A stretch of 40,943 bases of DNA from Verrucomicrobiota bacterium (GTDB taxonomy: Bacteria; Verrucomicrobiota; Verrucomicrobiia; Limisphaerales; JADLHS01): NCBI GenBank assembly GCA_031423875.1, contig JANPGI010000565.1, forward strand, positions 1 to 40,943. Direction: 5' to 3'. The notes beneath the pieces were generated by a model that searched no databases, had not been told where the DNA came from, and saw only the letters and a list, made by a program, of their open reading frames with translations. This document shows, piece by piece, positions 1-9,202 of this stretch (position 1 is its first letter; each line of letters opens with the position of its first letter). The position numbers and the translations under genes are program-made.

Positions 1-1677
1 AAGAGCCGGAAACGAATCACGTTGCAGGTGTTCGCCACCGATCTCGACAAGGACGCGATAGACAAGGCGCGGCAGGGCGTTTACCCGGAAAATATCTCGG
101 CGGACGTTTCGCCCCAGCAGATGAGCCGGTTCTTCATCAAGGATGAACACGGCTGCCGGGTGACCGCCGAGATTCGGAAGATGGTCACCTTTGCCACTCA
201 GAGCCTCATCATGGACCCGCCGTTCACGAAGCTGGATTTTTTGAGCTGCCGCAATCTGCTGATCTATCTCTCGCCCGAGATGCAGAAGAAACTCATACCG
301 CTGTTTCACTACAGCCTGAGTCCCGGCGGCGTTTTATTTCTCGGCAGCGCGGAGACGGTCGGCAACTTCACCGATCTCTTTACTCCTTTGAACAATAAAT
401 TGCGGATCTTCCAGCGGACGCCTTCCGTGTTGCGTCCGGAGCCGATTGATTTCCCCTCGTCCTTCGCGCCGCCTTTGCCCGACGGAAACGAGCCGCAACC
501 CGTGCCAAAATCCACTCTCAGTCTTCAGGCGCTCGCGGATCAACTGGTCCTGGATAATTATTCCGCGCCTGCCGTGCTCGCGAATGACAAGGGCAACATC
601 CTTTATGTGAGTGGCCGCACCGGCAAATACCTCGAACCCGCCGCTGGCAAAGCCAACTGGAATATCTTTGCGATGGCGCGCGAAGGTCTGCGCTACGAAC
701 TGGGCAATGCGTTTCACAAGGCACTTGATCAGAAAATTCCCGTGGTGGTGCGCGGACTCAAGGTCGGCACCAACGGCGGCAAGCAGCATGTGGACATCAC
801 CATCCAGCGCCTCGAACAACCAGAGCCGCTGCGGGGCTTGGTGATGATTGTGTTCACGGACGTGGCCGCGCCGCTGGAATCAATTGCGACGAGCCGCCCG
901 GGCAAGGTGGGAAAAACTCCAGCCCGCAGCCTGCGGCAGGCGGAACTCGAACGAAAATTTCAGCAAGCCCGGCTTGAGGCGCAGACCATCCGCGAAGAGA
1001 TGCAGACTTCGCAGGAGGAACTCCGTTCCACGAACGAGGAACAGCAATCCACGAATGAAGAGTTGCAATCCACCAACGAGGAACTCACCACCTCCAAGGA
1101 GGAGATGCAGTCGCTGAACGAAGAACTCCAGACCGTGAATGCCGAGTTGCAATCCAAGGTGGAGGAGTTGTCGCGCTCCAACAACGACATGAAGAACCTG
1201 CTCAACAGCACGGATATCGCCACGTTGTTCTTGGATAAAAATCTGAACGTGCGCCGCTTCACCACGCAGGCGACCAAGATAATCAAGCTCATCCCCGGCG
1301 ACATTGGCCGCCCCATCACCGATCTTGCTTCCGATCTGCTCTACCCGGAACTGACCGCCGACGCCAAAGAGGTGTTGCGGAAACTGGGCTTTGCGGAAAA
1401 ACCCGTCAACGCGCGCGATGGCCGCTGGTTCACGGTGCGGATCATGCCGTATCGCACGCTGGATGATCGCATTGATGGCGTGGTGATCACCTTCGCGGAC
1501 ATCACGGTGGCGAAGACGTTGGAGGCGAAGTTGCGCGACAAGCACACCCTTCTTGAAAAACACGTCGCGGAAGATTCTGCGGAGCGCGCCAAAGTCAGTA
1601 AGCGGGTGCTGGCAGTTGCGACCGCCGCCAAACGAACCAACGGCAACGGCAAAGTGCGGCGCTCCCGCAAACCGTGA
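1..1677 (+). CDS. cheR: CheR-type methyltransferase with coiled coil and C-terminal PAS (C-terminal part of a probable CheB-CheR-PAS fusion); 5'-truncated by window edge
   Basis: Frame open from base 1. CheR motifs FATDLD..AI..AR.G.Y, DPPF..LD..SCRNLLIY, LFLGSAET; EELQSTNEEL heptads; PAS_10-like NLLNSTDIATLFLD..L.VRRFT. Confidence 0.9.
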   Translation, partial: KSRKRITLQVFATDLDKDAIDKARQGVYPENISADVSPQQMSRFFIKDEHGCRVTAEIRKMVTFATQSLIMDPPFTKLDFLSCRNLLIYLSPEMQKKLIPLFHYSLSPGGVLFLGSAETVGNFTDLFTPLNNKLRIFQRTPSVLRPEPIDFPSSFAPPLPDGNEPQPVPKSTLSLQALADQLVLDNYSAPAVLANDKGNILYVSGRTGKYLEPAAGKANWNIFAMAREGLRYELGNAFHKALDQKIPVVVRGLKVGTNGGKQHVDITIQRLEQPEPLRGLVMIVFTDVAAPLESIATSRPGKVGKTPARSLRQAELERKFQQARLEAQTIREEMQTSQEELRSTNEEQQSTNEELQSTNEELTTSKEEMQSLNEELQTVNAELQSKVEELSRSNNDMKNLLNSTDIATLFLDKNLNVRRFTTQATKIIKLIPGDIGRPITDLASDLLYPELTADAKEVLRKLGFAEKPVNARDGRWFTVRIMPYRTLDDRIDGVVITFADITVAKTLEAKLRDKHTLLEKHVAEDSAERAKVSKRVLAVATAAKRTNGNGKVRRSRKP

Positions 1678-3890
1678 AACATTCCGCCATGAAGACAAAT
1701 AAGCCCTCATCAACCAAAGCGGTCCGACTGCGCGGCCTCGGCGACAAGCATGGCCTCGGCCCGATGATGACCGAACTTTACCGCAAAGCCGAAGTGCATT
1801 TGCGAAAGCAGAAAAGGCAGCATGGGGCGAAGGCTGGCAAGGCAAAGGCCAGCCCTCCGGTTTTGGAAACGGACTCACAGCGGCAGTTCCACGAATTGCA
1901 GGTACATCAGGTGGAACTGGAGATGCAGAACGTGGAGTTGCTGAAAGTCCGTGAGGAACTAGAAGCCACGCTGGAGCAATTTACCGACCTCTACGATTTC
2001 GCTCCCGTGGGCTATTTCACGCTCGCCGCCGACAGCACCATCCAACAGGCCAATCTCGCCGGAGCCAGTCTTGTCGGCGTCGAGCGTTCCCGGTTGGTGG
2101 GGCGTTGCTTCGACCAGCTTTTTGCCGTCGGGCAACGACCAGCTTTCCGTGCCTTTCTCCAACGGGTCTTTGCTGGCCAGGCCAATCTGTCCGGCGACTT
2201 CGAGCTGTCGCATTCGGGCCAGCCGCTCCGGGACATCAACATCAAAGCCCAGCGCTCGCTCTACGGGGATTCCTGCCGCGTCGCGGTGATGGACATCACC
2301 GAACACAAGCGGGCCGAGGATAAAGTGCGCGTCTCGGAAATCCGCTACCGCCGCCTCTTTGAGACCGCGCACGACGGAGTGCTGCTGCTCGATCCCGCCA
2401 CGCGCAAGATCACCGATGCGAATCCCTTCATGACCCAACTGCTCGGTTACTCGCACGATCGGCTCGTGGGGAAGGAGATGTTTCAGATCGGCCTGCTCAA
2501 GGATGAGAACGCCAGCAAGGAGATGTTCCAGGAACTGAAACGTAACCATCAAGTCCGTTACGAGGATTTGCCCCTCAAGAGCAAAACCGGGAAGCATCAG
2601 GAAGTCGAAGTCGTGGCCAACCTGTATCAGGAGAACGGTCGCGCCGTCATCCAATGCAACATCCGCGACATCACCGCGCGCAAGCTGGTGGAGGATGCGT
2701 TGCGCGAGAGTGAGGAACGTTTCCGTGCGATGGCCAACGCGCTTCCGCAACTCGCGTGGATCGCCCGACCCGACGGCCACATCTTCTGGTACAACCAGCG
2801 ATGGTATGACTACACAGGCACCACCCTCAAACAAATGGAAGGTTGGGGCTGGCAGAGCGTCCACGACACCGTCGAATTATCGAAAGTTATGGCTCGCTGG
2901 AAATCTTCCCTCGCCACCGGCAAGCCGTTCGACATGACATTTCCGCTACGCGGTGCCGACGGCCACTTCCGGTCGTTCCTGACCCGGGTGTTACCGCTGA
3001 AGAACGCGGACCATCAGGTGGTGCAATGGTTCGGCACCAACACGGATGTGGAGGATATCAAGCGGGCGGAAGCAACGCAGCGCCGCGCGGAGGTGCTGGC
3101 CGCGTCGAACAAAAAGCTGGAACTGGAAATCGTCCGGCGTCAGGCGGTGGAGAAATCACTCACGAAAAGCGAGCAACACCAGATCGTGTTGCTGGAGCAG
3201 TCGCGCGTCTTACAGGATCAGTTGCGGCGACTGTCGCACCAAGTTCTGCACGCGCAGGAGGAAGAACGCAAACGCATCAGTCGCGAGTTGCACGATGTCA
3301 TCGCGCAGACGTTGACGGGCATCAACATCCGGTTGGCGGCTTTGAAAAAGGAAGCTGCACTCAACCGTGAAGGTTTTGACCACAGCATCACCCGCACGCA
3401 AAAGCTGGTGGAACATTCGGTGAACGTGGTGCATGAGTTCGCGCGCGAATTGCGCCCGGCGGTGCTGGATGATCTCGGACTGATCCCCGCGCTGCATTCG
3501 TTCGTAAAAATCTTTTCCCAGCGCACGCACCTTCACGTTGACCTGAAAGCTTTTGCGGGCGTGGAACAACTCGACAACAACAAACGCACGATCCTCTATC
3601 GCGTCGCGCAGGAAGCGCTCAACAATGTCGCCCGTCATGCGCAAGCCAGCCGCGTGGAAGTGAGCATCCAGAAACTTGCAGACGGCGGCATCGGCATGAA
3701 AATAAAAGACGACGGCAAATCCTTCCGCGTGGAGCGCGCTCTGCCCGCCAATGGCTGCAAGCGCCTCGGACTGGTCGGCATGAGGGAGCGGGTGGAGATG
3801 GTCGGCGGTAAATTTGCCGTCGCCTCCACGCCGGGCCAGGGCACGACCATCATTGCCCAAATTCCGCTCCTGAACGGAAAACGGGTTTAA
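1674..3890 (+). CDS. Multi-PAS sensor histidine kinase, NarX/UhpB (HisKA_3) type, no obvious TM segment
   Basis: HELQVHQVELEMQN coil, three PAS-like segments, H-box ERKRISRELHD, QEALNNVARHA, DDG, GLVGMRERV; GTGA overlap with cheR stop. Confidence 0.92.
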   Translation: MKHSAMKTNKPSSTKAVRLRGLGDKHGLGPMMTELYRKAEVHLRKQKRQHGAKAGKAKASPPVLETDSQRQFHELQVHQVELEMQNVELLKVREELEATLEQFTDLYDFAPVGYFTLAADSTIQQANLAGASLVGVERSRLVGRCFDQLFAVGQRPAFRAFLQRVFAGQANLSGDFELSHSGQPLRDINIKAQRSLYGDSCRVAVMDITEHKRAEDKVRVSEIRYRRLFETAHDGVLLLDPATRKITDANPFMTQLLGYSHDRLVGKEMFQIGLLKDENASKEMFQELKRNHQVRYEDLPLKSKTGKHQEVEVVANLYQENGRAVIQCNIRDITARKLVEDALRESEERFRAMANALPQLAWIARPDGHIFWYNQRWYDYTGTTLKQMEGWGWQSVHDTVELSKVMARWKSSLATGKPFDMTFPLRGADGHFRSFLTRVLPLKNADHQVVQWFGTNTDVEDIKRAEATQRRAEVLAASNKKLELEIVRRQAVEKSLTKSEQHQIVLLEQSRVLQDQLRRLSHQVLHAQEEERKRISRELHDVIAQTLTGINIRLAALKKEAALNREGFDHSITRTQKLVEHSVNVVHEFARELRPAVLDDLGLIPALHSFVKIFSQRTHLHVDLKAFAGVEQLDNNKRTILYRVAQEALNNVARHAQASRVEVSIQKLADGGIGMKIKDDGKSFRVERALPANGCKRLGLVGMRERVEMVGGKFAVASTPGQGTTIIAQIPLLNGKRV

Positions 3891-3932
3891 CGTCCATGCA
3901 ACGCCTCACTCTTTTATTCGCGGAAGCCCCGC

Positions 3933-4051
3933 CCCCGGAGCGCGGGCGGTCCCTCGCCCGCAGCGGTCCCGCCCGACAGAGGATGCCCGGATTCTCCAAC
4001 GCTAACTTTGCGATCCACGCGCTGCGACCGGGGACCGGTCGCGCTCCGGGG
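3933..4051. repeat. Palindromic REP/REPIN-like element (family A, copy 1)
   Basis: CCCC-GGAGCGCGGGCGGTCCCTCGCCCGCAGCG ... CGCTGCGACCGGGGACCGGTCGCGCTCC-GGGG; arms identical to 6807-6924. Confidence 0.85.
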
Positions 4052-4123
4052 AAAGCGCCTCGATATTTTCCGCAGCCCCAATTGCTGTCTTGTTCCACCC
4101 GCGTCCCTGAAGAAATGCTCTGA

Positions 4124-5887
4124 ATGAAAACAAAAACCAAACGTTCCCAACCCGCCACCTCGGCCACTCTTTTACCCAAGTCGCCCACGGGCATCCAGGG
4201 TCTCGATGAAATCACCGGCGGCGGATTGCCGCGCGGACGGCCCACGCTGATCTGTGGTGGTGCGGGTTGCGGCAAGACGCTGTTCGGCGCGGAATTTCTG
4301 GTGCGCGGGGCCACGCAGTTTGACGAACCGGGCGTGTTGATGGCGTTTGAGGAAACGGAAAAAGAACTCACGGCCAACGTCGCGTCACTCGGCTTTGATC
4401 TTGCCGGCCTCGTTCGCCGCAAAAAAATCGTGGTGGATTATGTTCACGTTGAGCGCAGTGAAGTTCAGGAGAGCGGCGAGTATGACCTCGAAGGATTGTT
4501 CGTCCGGCTCGGTCACGCGATTGATTCCATCGGCGCCAAGCGCGTGGTGCTGGACACGTTGGAGGTATTGTTCGCCAGCCTGCCGAATGAAGCCATCCTG
4601 CGCTCCGAGTTGCGTCGCCTCTTCCGCTGGCTCAAGGAGAAGGGCGTGACCGCCGTCATCACCGCCGAGCGCGGGCGCGAATCCCTGACGCGCCACGGAT
4701 TGGAGGAATACGTTTCCGACTGCGTCATCTTGCTCGACCATCGCGTCAACGATCAGATCGCCACGCGGCATTTGCGCGTGGTGAAATATCGCGGCGCGCT
4801 GCACGGCACGAACGAATTTCCATTTCTTATCGGCGCAGAAGGCATCAGCGTGCTGCCCATCACGTCGCTGGCGCTGAACCATCAGGTATCCACCGAGCGG
4901 ATTGCCACCGGCATCCCCCGGCTCGACGCGATGCTGGGCGGCAAAGGTTTTTTTCGCGGCAGCAGCATTCTGCTCACGGGCACGTCCGGCACGGGCAAGA
5001 CCATCATCGCCGCCAATTTTGCCCAGGCCGCCGGCAAGCGCGGAGAGCGCGTGCTGTTCTTCTCGTTCGAGGAATCACCCAACCAGATCATCCGCAACAT
5101 GCACTCCATCGGCCTGCGCCTGGAGCCGCTGGTCAAGCGCGACTTGTTGCGGTTTCACTCGCAGCGACCCTCGCTCTGCGGCCTGGAAATGCATCTGGCC
5201 ACGATGTTCAAGGAGATCGCCACGTTTAAGCCGCATGTCGTCATCATTGACCCCATCACCAGCTTGATGGATCTGGGCACCGACTCGGAGGGCAAAGGGA
5301 TGGTGACGCGGCTGATTGATTATCTAAAGGCCAACCAAGTCACCTCCTTCTTCACCAGTCTGACGCAGGGCGGCAAAGCGCCGCAAGAAAGCGAAGCCGC
5401 CATGTCCTCGCTCATGGATGCGTGGATTTTGTTACAAGACTTCGAGGGCAACGGTGAACGCAACCGCGTGCTCTATGTGCTCAAGGCGCGCGGGATGAAA
5501 CACTCGAACCAGATCCGCGAGTTCCTGATTTCGGATCACGGCATTGATGTGGTGGACGCCTACATCGGGGCGAGCGGCGTGTTGACCGGCTCCGCGCGCG
5601 TGGCGCAAGGCGATCTCGAAAAAGCCGCCGTGTTGTCCAGCCAGCAGGAAGCCGCACAGCTCAAGCGCGAAGTGGAGCGCAAACGCAAGGCGCTCGAACG
5701 CCAGATCAGCGATCTGCGCTCCGATTACGAAGGCGAAGCACTGGAACTCCGGCGCATCGCCGAACAGGTCGGCACGCGCACACTCCTGCTCGGCACAGAG
5801 CGGGCGGCCTCCGGCCTCTTACGTCAGGCGGATACGAAGGTGGCGGCCAGCACGCAGAGCAAACCCAAAACGGGGAGAAAAGCTTGA
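4124..5887 (+). CDS. kaiC: Circadian clock protein KaiC (double-domain, KaiC2-like, C-terminal coiled coil)
   Basis: Two P-loops GGAGCGKT and GTSGTGKT, two FEE catalytic motifs, VVKYRG / VLKARG, phosphosite region [11 protein letters not shown]. Confidence 0.96.
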   Translation: MKTKTKRSQPATSATLLPKSPTGIQGLDEITGGGLPRGRPTLICGGAGCGKTLFGAEFLVRGATQFDEPGVLMAFEETEKELTANVASLGFDLAGLVRRKKIVVDYVHVERSEVQESGEYDLEGLFVRLGHAIDSIGAKRVVLDTLEVLFASLPNEAILRSELRRLFRWLKEKGVTAVITAERGRESLTRHGLEEYVSDCVILLDHRVNDQIATRHLRVVKYRGALHGTNEFPFLIGAEGISVLPITSLALNHQVSTERIATGIPRLDAMLGGKGFFRGSSILLTGTSGTGKTIIAANFAQAAGKRGERVLFFSFEESPNQIIRNMHSIGLRLEPLVKRDLLRFHSQRPSLCGLEMHLATMFKEIATFKPHVVIIDPITSLMDLGTDSEGKGMVTRLIDYLKANQVTSFFTSLTQGGKAPQESEAAMSSLMDAWILLQDFEGNGERNRVLYVLKARGMKHSNQIREFLISDHGIDVVDAYIGASGVLTGSARVAQGDLEKAAVLSSQQEAAQLKREVERKRKALERQISDLRSDYEGEALELRRIAEQVGTRTLLLGTERAASGLLRQADTKVAASTQSKPKTGRKA

Positions 5888-6216
5888 TGAAAATCAAAAC
5901 CGTGAAGCACCCTGCCTCCGAAAACGGGCACCGGATCTCCAGTCTCTGGCAACTGCGCCTTTACGTCACTGGCCAGACGGGCAAATCGCTGACGGCGTTC
6001 GCAAACTTGAAACAGATTTGCGAAACCCATCTCAAGGGCCGCTATCGCATCAAGGTGATTGATCTGCTGAAACAGCCGCAGTTGGCCAAAGGCGACCAGA
6101 TTTTGGCGATACCCACAGTGGTGCGCAAACTGCCGAAGCCGGTGCGAACCATCATTGGGAATCTTTCCAACACCGAACATTTGCTCGTGGGTCTGGATTT
6201 ACGCGCGGCCAATTAA
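5887..6216 (+). CDS. kaiB: KaiB (first copy)
   Basis: [39 protein letters not shown]; ATG overlaps kaiC TGA. Confidence 0.95.
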   Translation: MKIKTVKHPASENGHRISSLWQLRLYVTGQTGKSLTAFANLKQICETHLKGRYRIKVIDLLKQPQLAKGDQILAIPTVVRKLPKPVRTIIGNLSNTEHLLVGLDLRAAN

Positions 6217-6221
6217 CAAAG

Positions 6222-6584
6222 ATGAAAACTCCAAAGAAAAACAAGACCGTTCGCACGAAGCGGGTCACGGCGAAGTCCCCGGCCACCCGGTCCAAGGACA
6301 AATATGTCCTGCGACTGTTCGTGGCGGGCGCCACGGCGCGCTCGCGGCAAGCCGTCCTGCGCGTCCGGCAACTCTGCGAAGCGGAATTAAAAAATGGTTG
6401 TGACTTGAAAGTGATAGACATCTATCAGCAGCCCGAACTGGCGCGCGCGAACCAGATCGTCGCCACCCCGACGCTCATCATGGAATTTCCCAAACCGGTG
6501 CGCCGGTTCATCGGCAACCTGTCCAACACCGACGGCCTCTTCGTCGAGTTGGCCGTGACCACCAAAGGTAAAATCGCGCTGTGA
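6222..6584 (+). CDS. kaiB: KaiB (second, divergent copy)
   Basis: YVLRLFVAGAT.RS..AV, VIDIYQQPELA...QIVATPTL, FIGNLS. Confidence 0.93.
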   Translation: MKTPKKNKTVRTKRVTAKSPATRSKDKYVLRLFVAGATARSRQAVLRVRQLCEAELKNGCDLKVIDIYQQPELARANQIVATPTLIMEFPKPVRRFIGNLSNTDGLFVELAVTTKGKIAL

Positions 6585-6639
6585 AACAACTCGTTCAAAA
6601 CTTCGTAGCTGCCGTCGCTCTGCCGGGCGCATCCGGCAC

Positions 6640-6772
6640 GGAGCGCGGCTGTGTCGCAGCGACCAGCCGCAGCACGGACAACCGGCGCGAGGGCTTTGAT
6701 TTCACCTTGCGCGTCGCTCCTTGCGAAGCTGCTGCGGCTGATCCCGCACGGCGCGGGACACAGCCGCGCTCC
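6640..6772. repeat. Palindromic REP-like element (related family B)
   Basis: Terminal inverted arms GGAGCGCGGCTGTGTC ... GACACAGCCGCGCTCC with inner CAGCCGCAGCA / TGCTGCGGCTG. Confidence 0.8.
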
Positions 6773-6783
6773 GGAGGCAGGCG

Positions 6784-8091
6784 ATGAAAACTACGCGCGA
6801 AAAAATCCCCGGAGCGCGGGCGGTCCCTCGCCCGCAGCGCGTCGCCAGACCGGGACGCGCCGGAAAATTCCGCAGCCCTCGCCTTGATCCCGCGCTGCGA
6901 CCGGGGACCGGTCGCGCTCCGGGGGCGGAGCTCGTCAGTCTCCGCACCCGGCTTGCCATCGCAGACGAAACCCTCCGCGCCATCCGCAACGGCGAAGTGG
7001 ATGCAGTCATGGGTTCGGGCAAACAACGTGACCAAGTGTTCTCGTTGGAAGGCGCGGAACACGCCTACCGCCTGTTGATCGAATCCATGAACGAAGGCGC
7101 ACTGACGTTGACGGCGGACAAGATGATTCTGTTCGCCAACCAGTGCTTTGCCGACATGGTCAAGTGCCCGCTGGAACAGGTGACGGGCAGTTCGTTCCGC
7201 CGTTTTCTTTCCGCTGAAGACCGGGCGATCCTCCGCCCGCTCATGAAACGCGCCGCCCAATCCGGCTCTAAAATCCAGGTGCTGCTCCATGCCAGCGATG
7301 GTTCACTCATCCCGGCGCTGCTTTCTATTCGCGAACTGGCCAACGAAGGTTCCAAGGATGTGATCATCGGTATGGTGGTGACGAACATGACAGAAGCGCG
7401 GCGCAACGAGGAGATGTTGCGCGCCTTGACGCACCGCGTGGTGCAAGTGCAGGAGGCCGAACGCGCCAGCGTGGCCCTCGAATTGCACGATAACATCACG
7501 CAGTTACTTTGCGCCGTCCTCGTACGCAGTCAGACATTGGCGGATAAACTTTCGCCGCGCGACGGTTCATCGAAGAAAGAAGCGATCAAGCTCCGGGAAA
7601 TGCTCGGCCAGACCGCCGACGAAGTGGAGCGCATCTCGCGCAATCTGCGGCCCAGCGTTTTGGACGAGCTGGGATTGGTGGCCGTCCTGCGCGATACCAC
7701 CACGGAGTTCGCGGAGCGGACGGGCGTGGTACTCAAGTTGACATGCGTGGAGTTGACCGCGCGACTGCCCGCCGAGACCGAACTGGCACTCTACCGCATT
7801 CTCCAGGAAGCCTTGAAAAATTTGGAACAGCACGCCTGCGCCCGGCACGTGACGGTGCGACTGACGCAACCGGGCGACTTTGTGCAGTTGAATATCTCTG
7901 ACGACGGGATCGGCTTCGACGGCAAACATCATGCCGCCCGCCGAAAAGGGAAGAGCGTCCTTGGCCTGCTCGGCATGAGGGAACGCGCCGCCTATGTGGG
8001 CGGTGTCCTCACGGTCAAATCCGGTCGCCGCGCGGGCACAGAAATCGAGGCGCGCATTCCTCTGGCGACGGACATTACAACGACAAAATAA
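6784..8091 (+). CDS. PAS sensor histidine kinase (HisKA_3) directly downstream of kaiB
   Basis: GGAGG RBS at 6773-6777; ETLRAIRNGEVDAV N-terminal motif, PAS, ALELHD H-box, QEALKN, DDGIGF, GLLGMRERA. Confidence 0.92.
   Translation: MKTTREKIPGARAVPRPQRVARPGRAGKFRSPRLDPALRPGTGRAPGAELVSLRTRLAIADETLRAIRNGEVDAVMGSGKQRDQVFSLEGAEHAYRLLIESMNEGALTLTADKMILFANQCFADMVKCPLEQVTGSSFRRFLSAEDRAILRPLMKRAAQSGSKIQVLLHASDGSLIPALLSIRELANEGSKDVIIGMVVTNMTEARRNEEMLRALTHRVVQVQEAERASVALELHDNITQLLCAVLVRSQTLADKLSPRDGSSKKEAIKLREMLGQTADEVERISRNLRPSVLDELGLVAVLRDTTTEFAERTGVVLKLTCVELTARLPAETELALYRILQEALKNLEQHACARHVTVRLTQPGDFVQLNISDDGIGFDGKHHAARRKGKSVLGLLGMRERAAYVGGVLTVKSGRRAGTEIEARIPLATDITTTK
6807..6924. repeat. Palindromic REP/REPIN-like element (family A, copy 2), inside the kinase 5' coding region
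   Basis: Same terminal arms as 3933-4051, different spacer. Confidence 0.85.
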
Positions 8092-8100
8092 AACTGACTT

Positions 8101-8790
8101 ATGAAATCAAAAAAAATCACCGTCCTGCTCGCGGAAGACCACATGATCGTGCGCGAGGGATTTCGCAAGATGCTCGAACTCGAAGCTGACTTTGAAGTTG
8201 TGGGCGAAGCCCAGGATGGCCGCGCGGCGGTCACCATGGTTAAAAAATTACTTCCCGCCGTGGTGTTGATGGACATCGCCATGCCGTTGCTCAATGGATT
8301 GGAAGCCACGCGCCAGATTCTCAAAGCCGGGCCCACCAGCAAAATAATCATCCTCTCCGCGCATAGTGATGATGCGTATGTGAAAAACGCCATCGAGTCC
8401 GGCGCGGTGGGATTTTTGCTCAAACAAACTTCCGCCCACGACGTCTGCCGCGCGATCCGGGAAGTTCACGCCGGGAAAACTTTTTTCAGCCCCTCGATTT
8501 CCAAGCGGCAAGATCGTCTCCACCCACAAGTGCCAGACCGCACTGGCGCGCTGAAAAAGAAAGCCGCTGAATTGACTTCGCGAGAGATGGAAGTGTTGCA
8601 ACTCATCGCCGAAGGCAAGGCCAACAAAGAAACCGCCGGGGAACTTGGCATCGGCATCAAGACCGTCGAGAAACATCGCGAGCATCTCATGGAGAAGCTC
8701 GACATCCACGACACCGCCAGCCTCACCCGCTACGCCATCGGCGCGGGGATCATCGAGAGCAGCGTGCAGTTGACCATTAAACAGAGTTGA
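8101..8790 (+). CDS. NarL/FixJ-family response regulator (REC + LuxR HTH)
   Basis: LLAEDH, VVLMDIAMP, FLLK; LTSREMEVLQLIAEG..NKE.A..LGI..KTVEKHR. Confidence 0.95.
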   Translation: MKSKKITVLLAEDHMIVREGFRKMLELEADFEVVGEAQDGRAAVTMVKKLLPAVVLMDIAMPLLNGLEATRQILKAGPTSKIIILSAHSDDAYVKNAIESGAVGFLLKQTSAHDVCRAIREVHAGKTFFSPSISKRQDRLHPQVPDRTGALKKKAAELTSREMEVLQLIAEGKANKETAGELGIGIKTVEKHREHLMEKLDIHDTASLTRYAIGAGIIESSVQLTIKQS

Positions 8791-9066
8791 GAGCTTTTAT
8801 TGATACTCATGCAGGGTGTGACAGGGCGGGGTCTTCAGGGTGCTTCAGTCTTCATCGCATCGGCGAGGTTCGACTGTTCAAAATCTTGGGACGGTGAAGT
8901 GGTGATAACGCCGCCCTCCGCTCGCGGCAACCTCCTGTCACTCTGTATTACCAACCTCAATAGGTTTAAGGTTCTTCGTCTCACCCCAACTTTTCCCAGT
9001 CGCATCAGGTTTCACCCAGCACCATTCATGGCCTGCTGAGTAGAGGCTGTATTTCTCAAATCCGTC

Positions 9067-9112
9067 ATGGGTGGAACACCCCATAGCGACCTCGTGCGTG
9101 CCTATTTATTCT
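9067..9112 (+). promoter_or_regulatory. Regulon box 1 (AACACCCCATAG 9075-9086) plus -10-like TATTCT 9107-9112
   Basis: Exact 12-mer shared by six sites; fixed spacing to -10. Confidence 0.75.
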
Positions 9113-9202
9113 TTGGACGTTGGAATTAGTCAGTGTGGTTAGACCAACGCAAACCAAAAGAAAGAAACATGATCACAACCCAGCTTGAAAGGATCCAAAG
9201 CA

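Noticed and set aside
8800-9039. 79-aa (+) ORF and a 56-aa (-) ORF after the regulator
   Set aside because: No RBS, motif or compositional support
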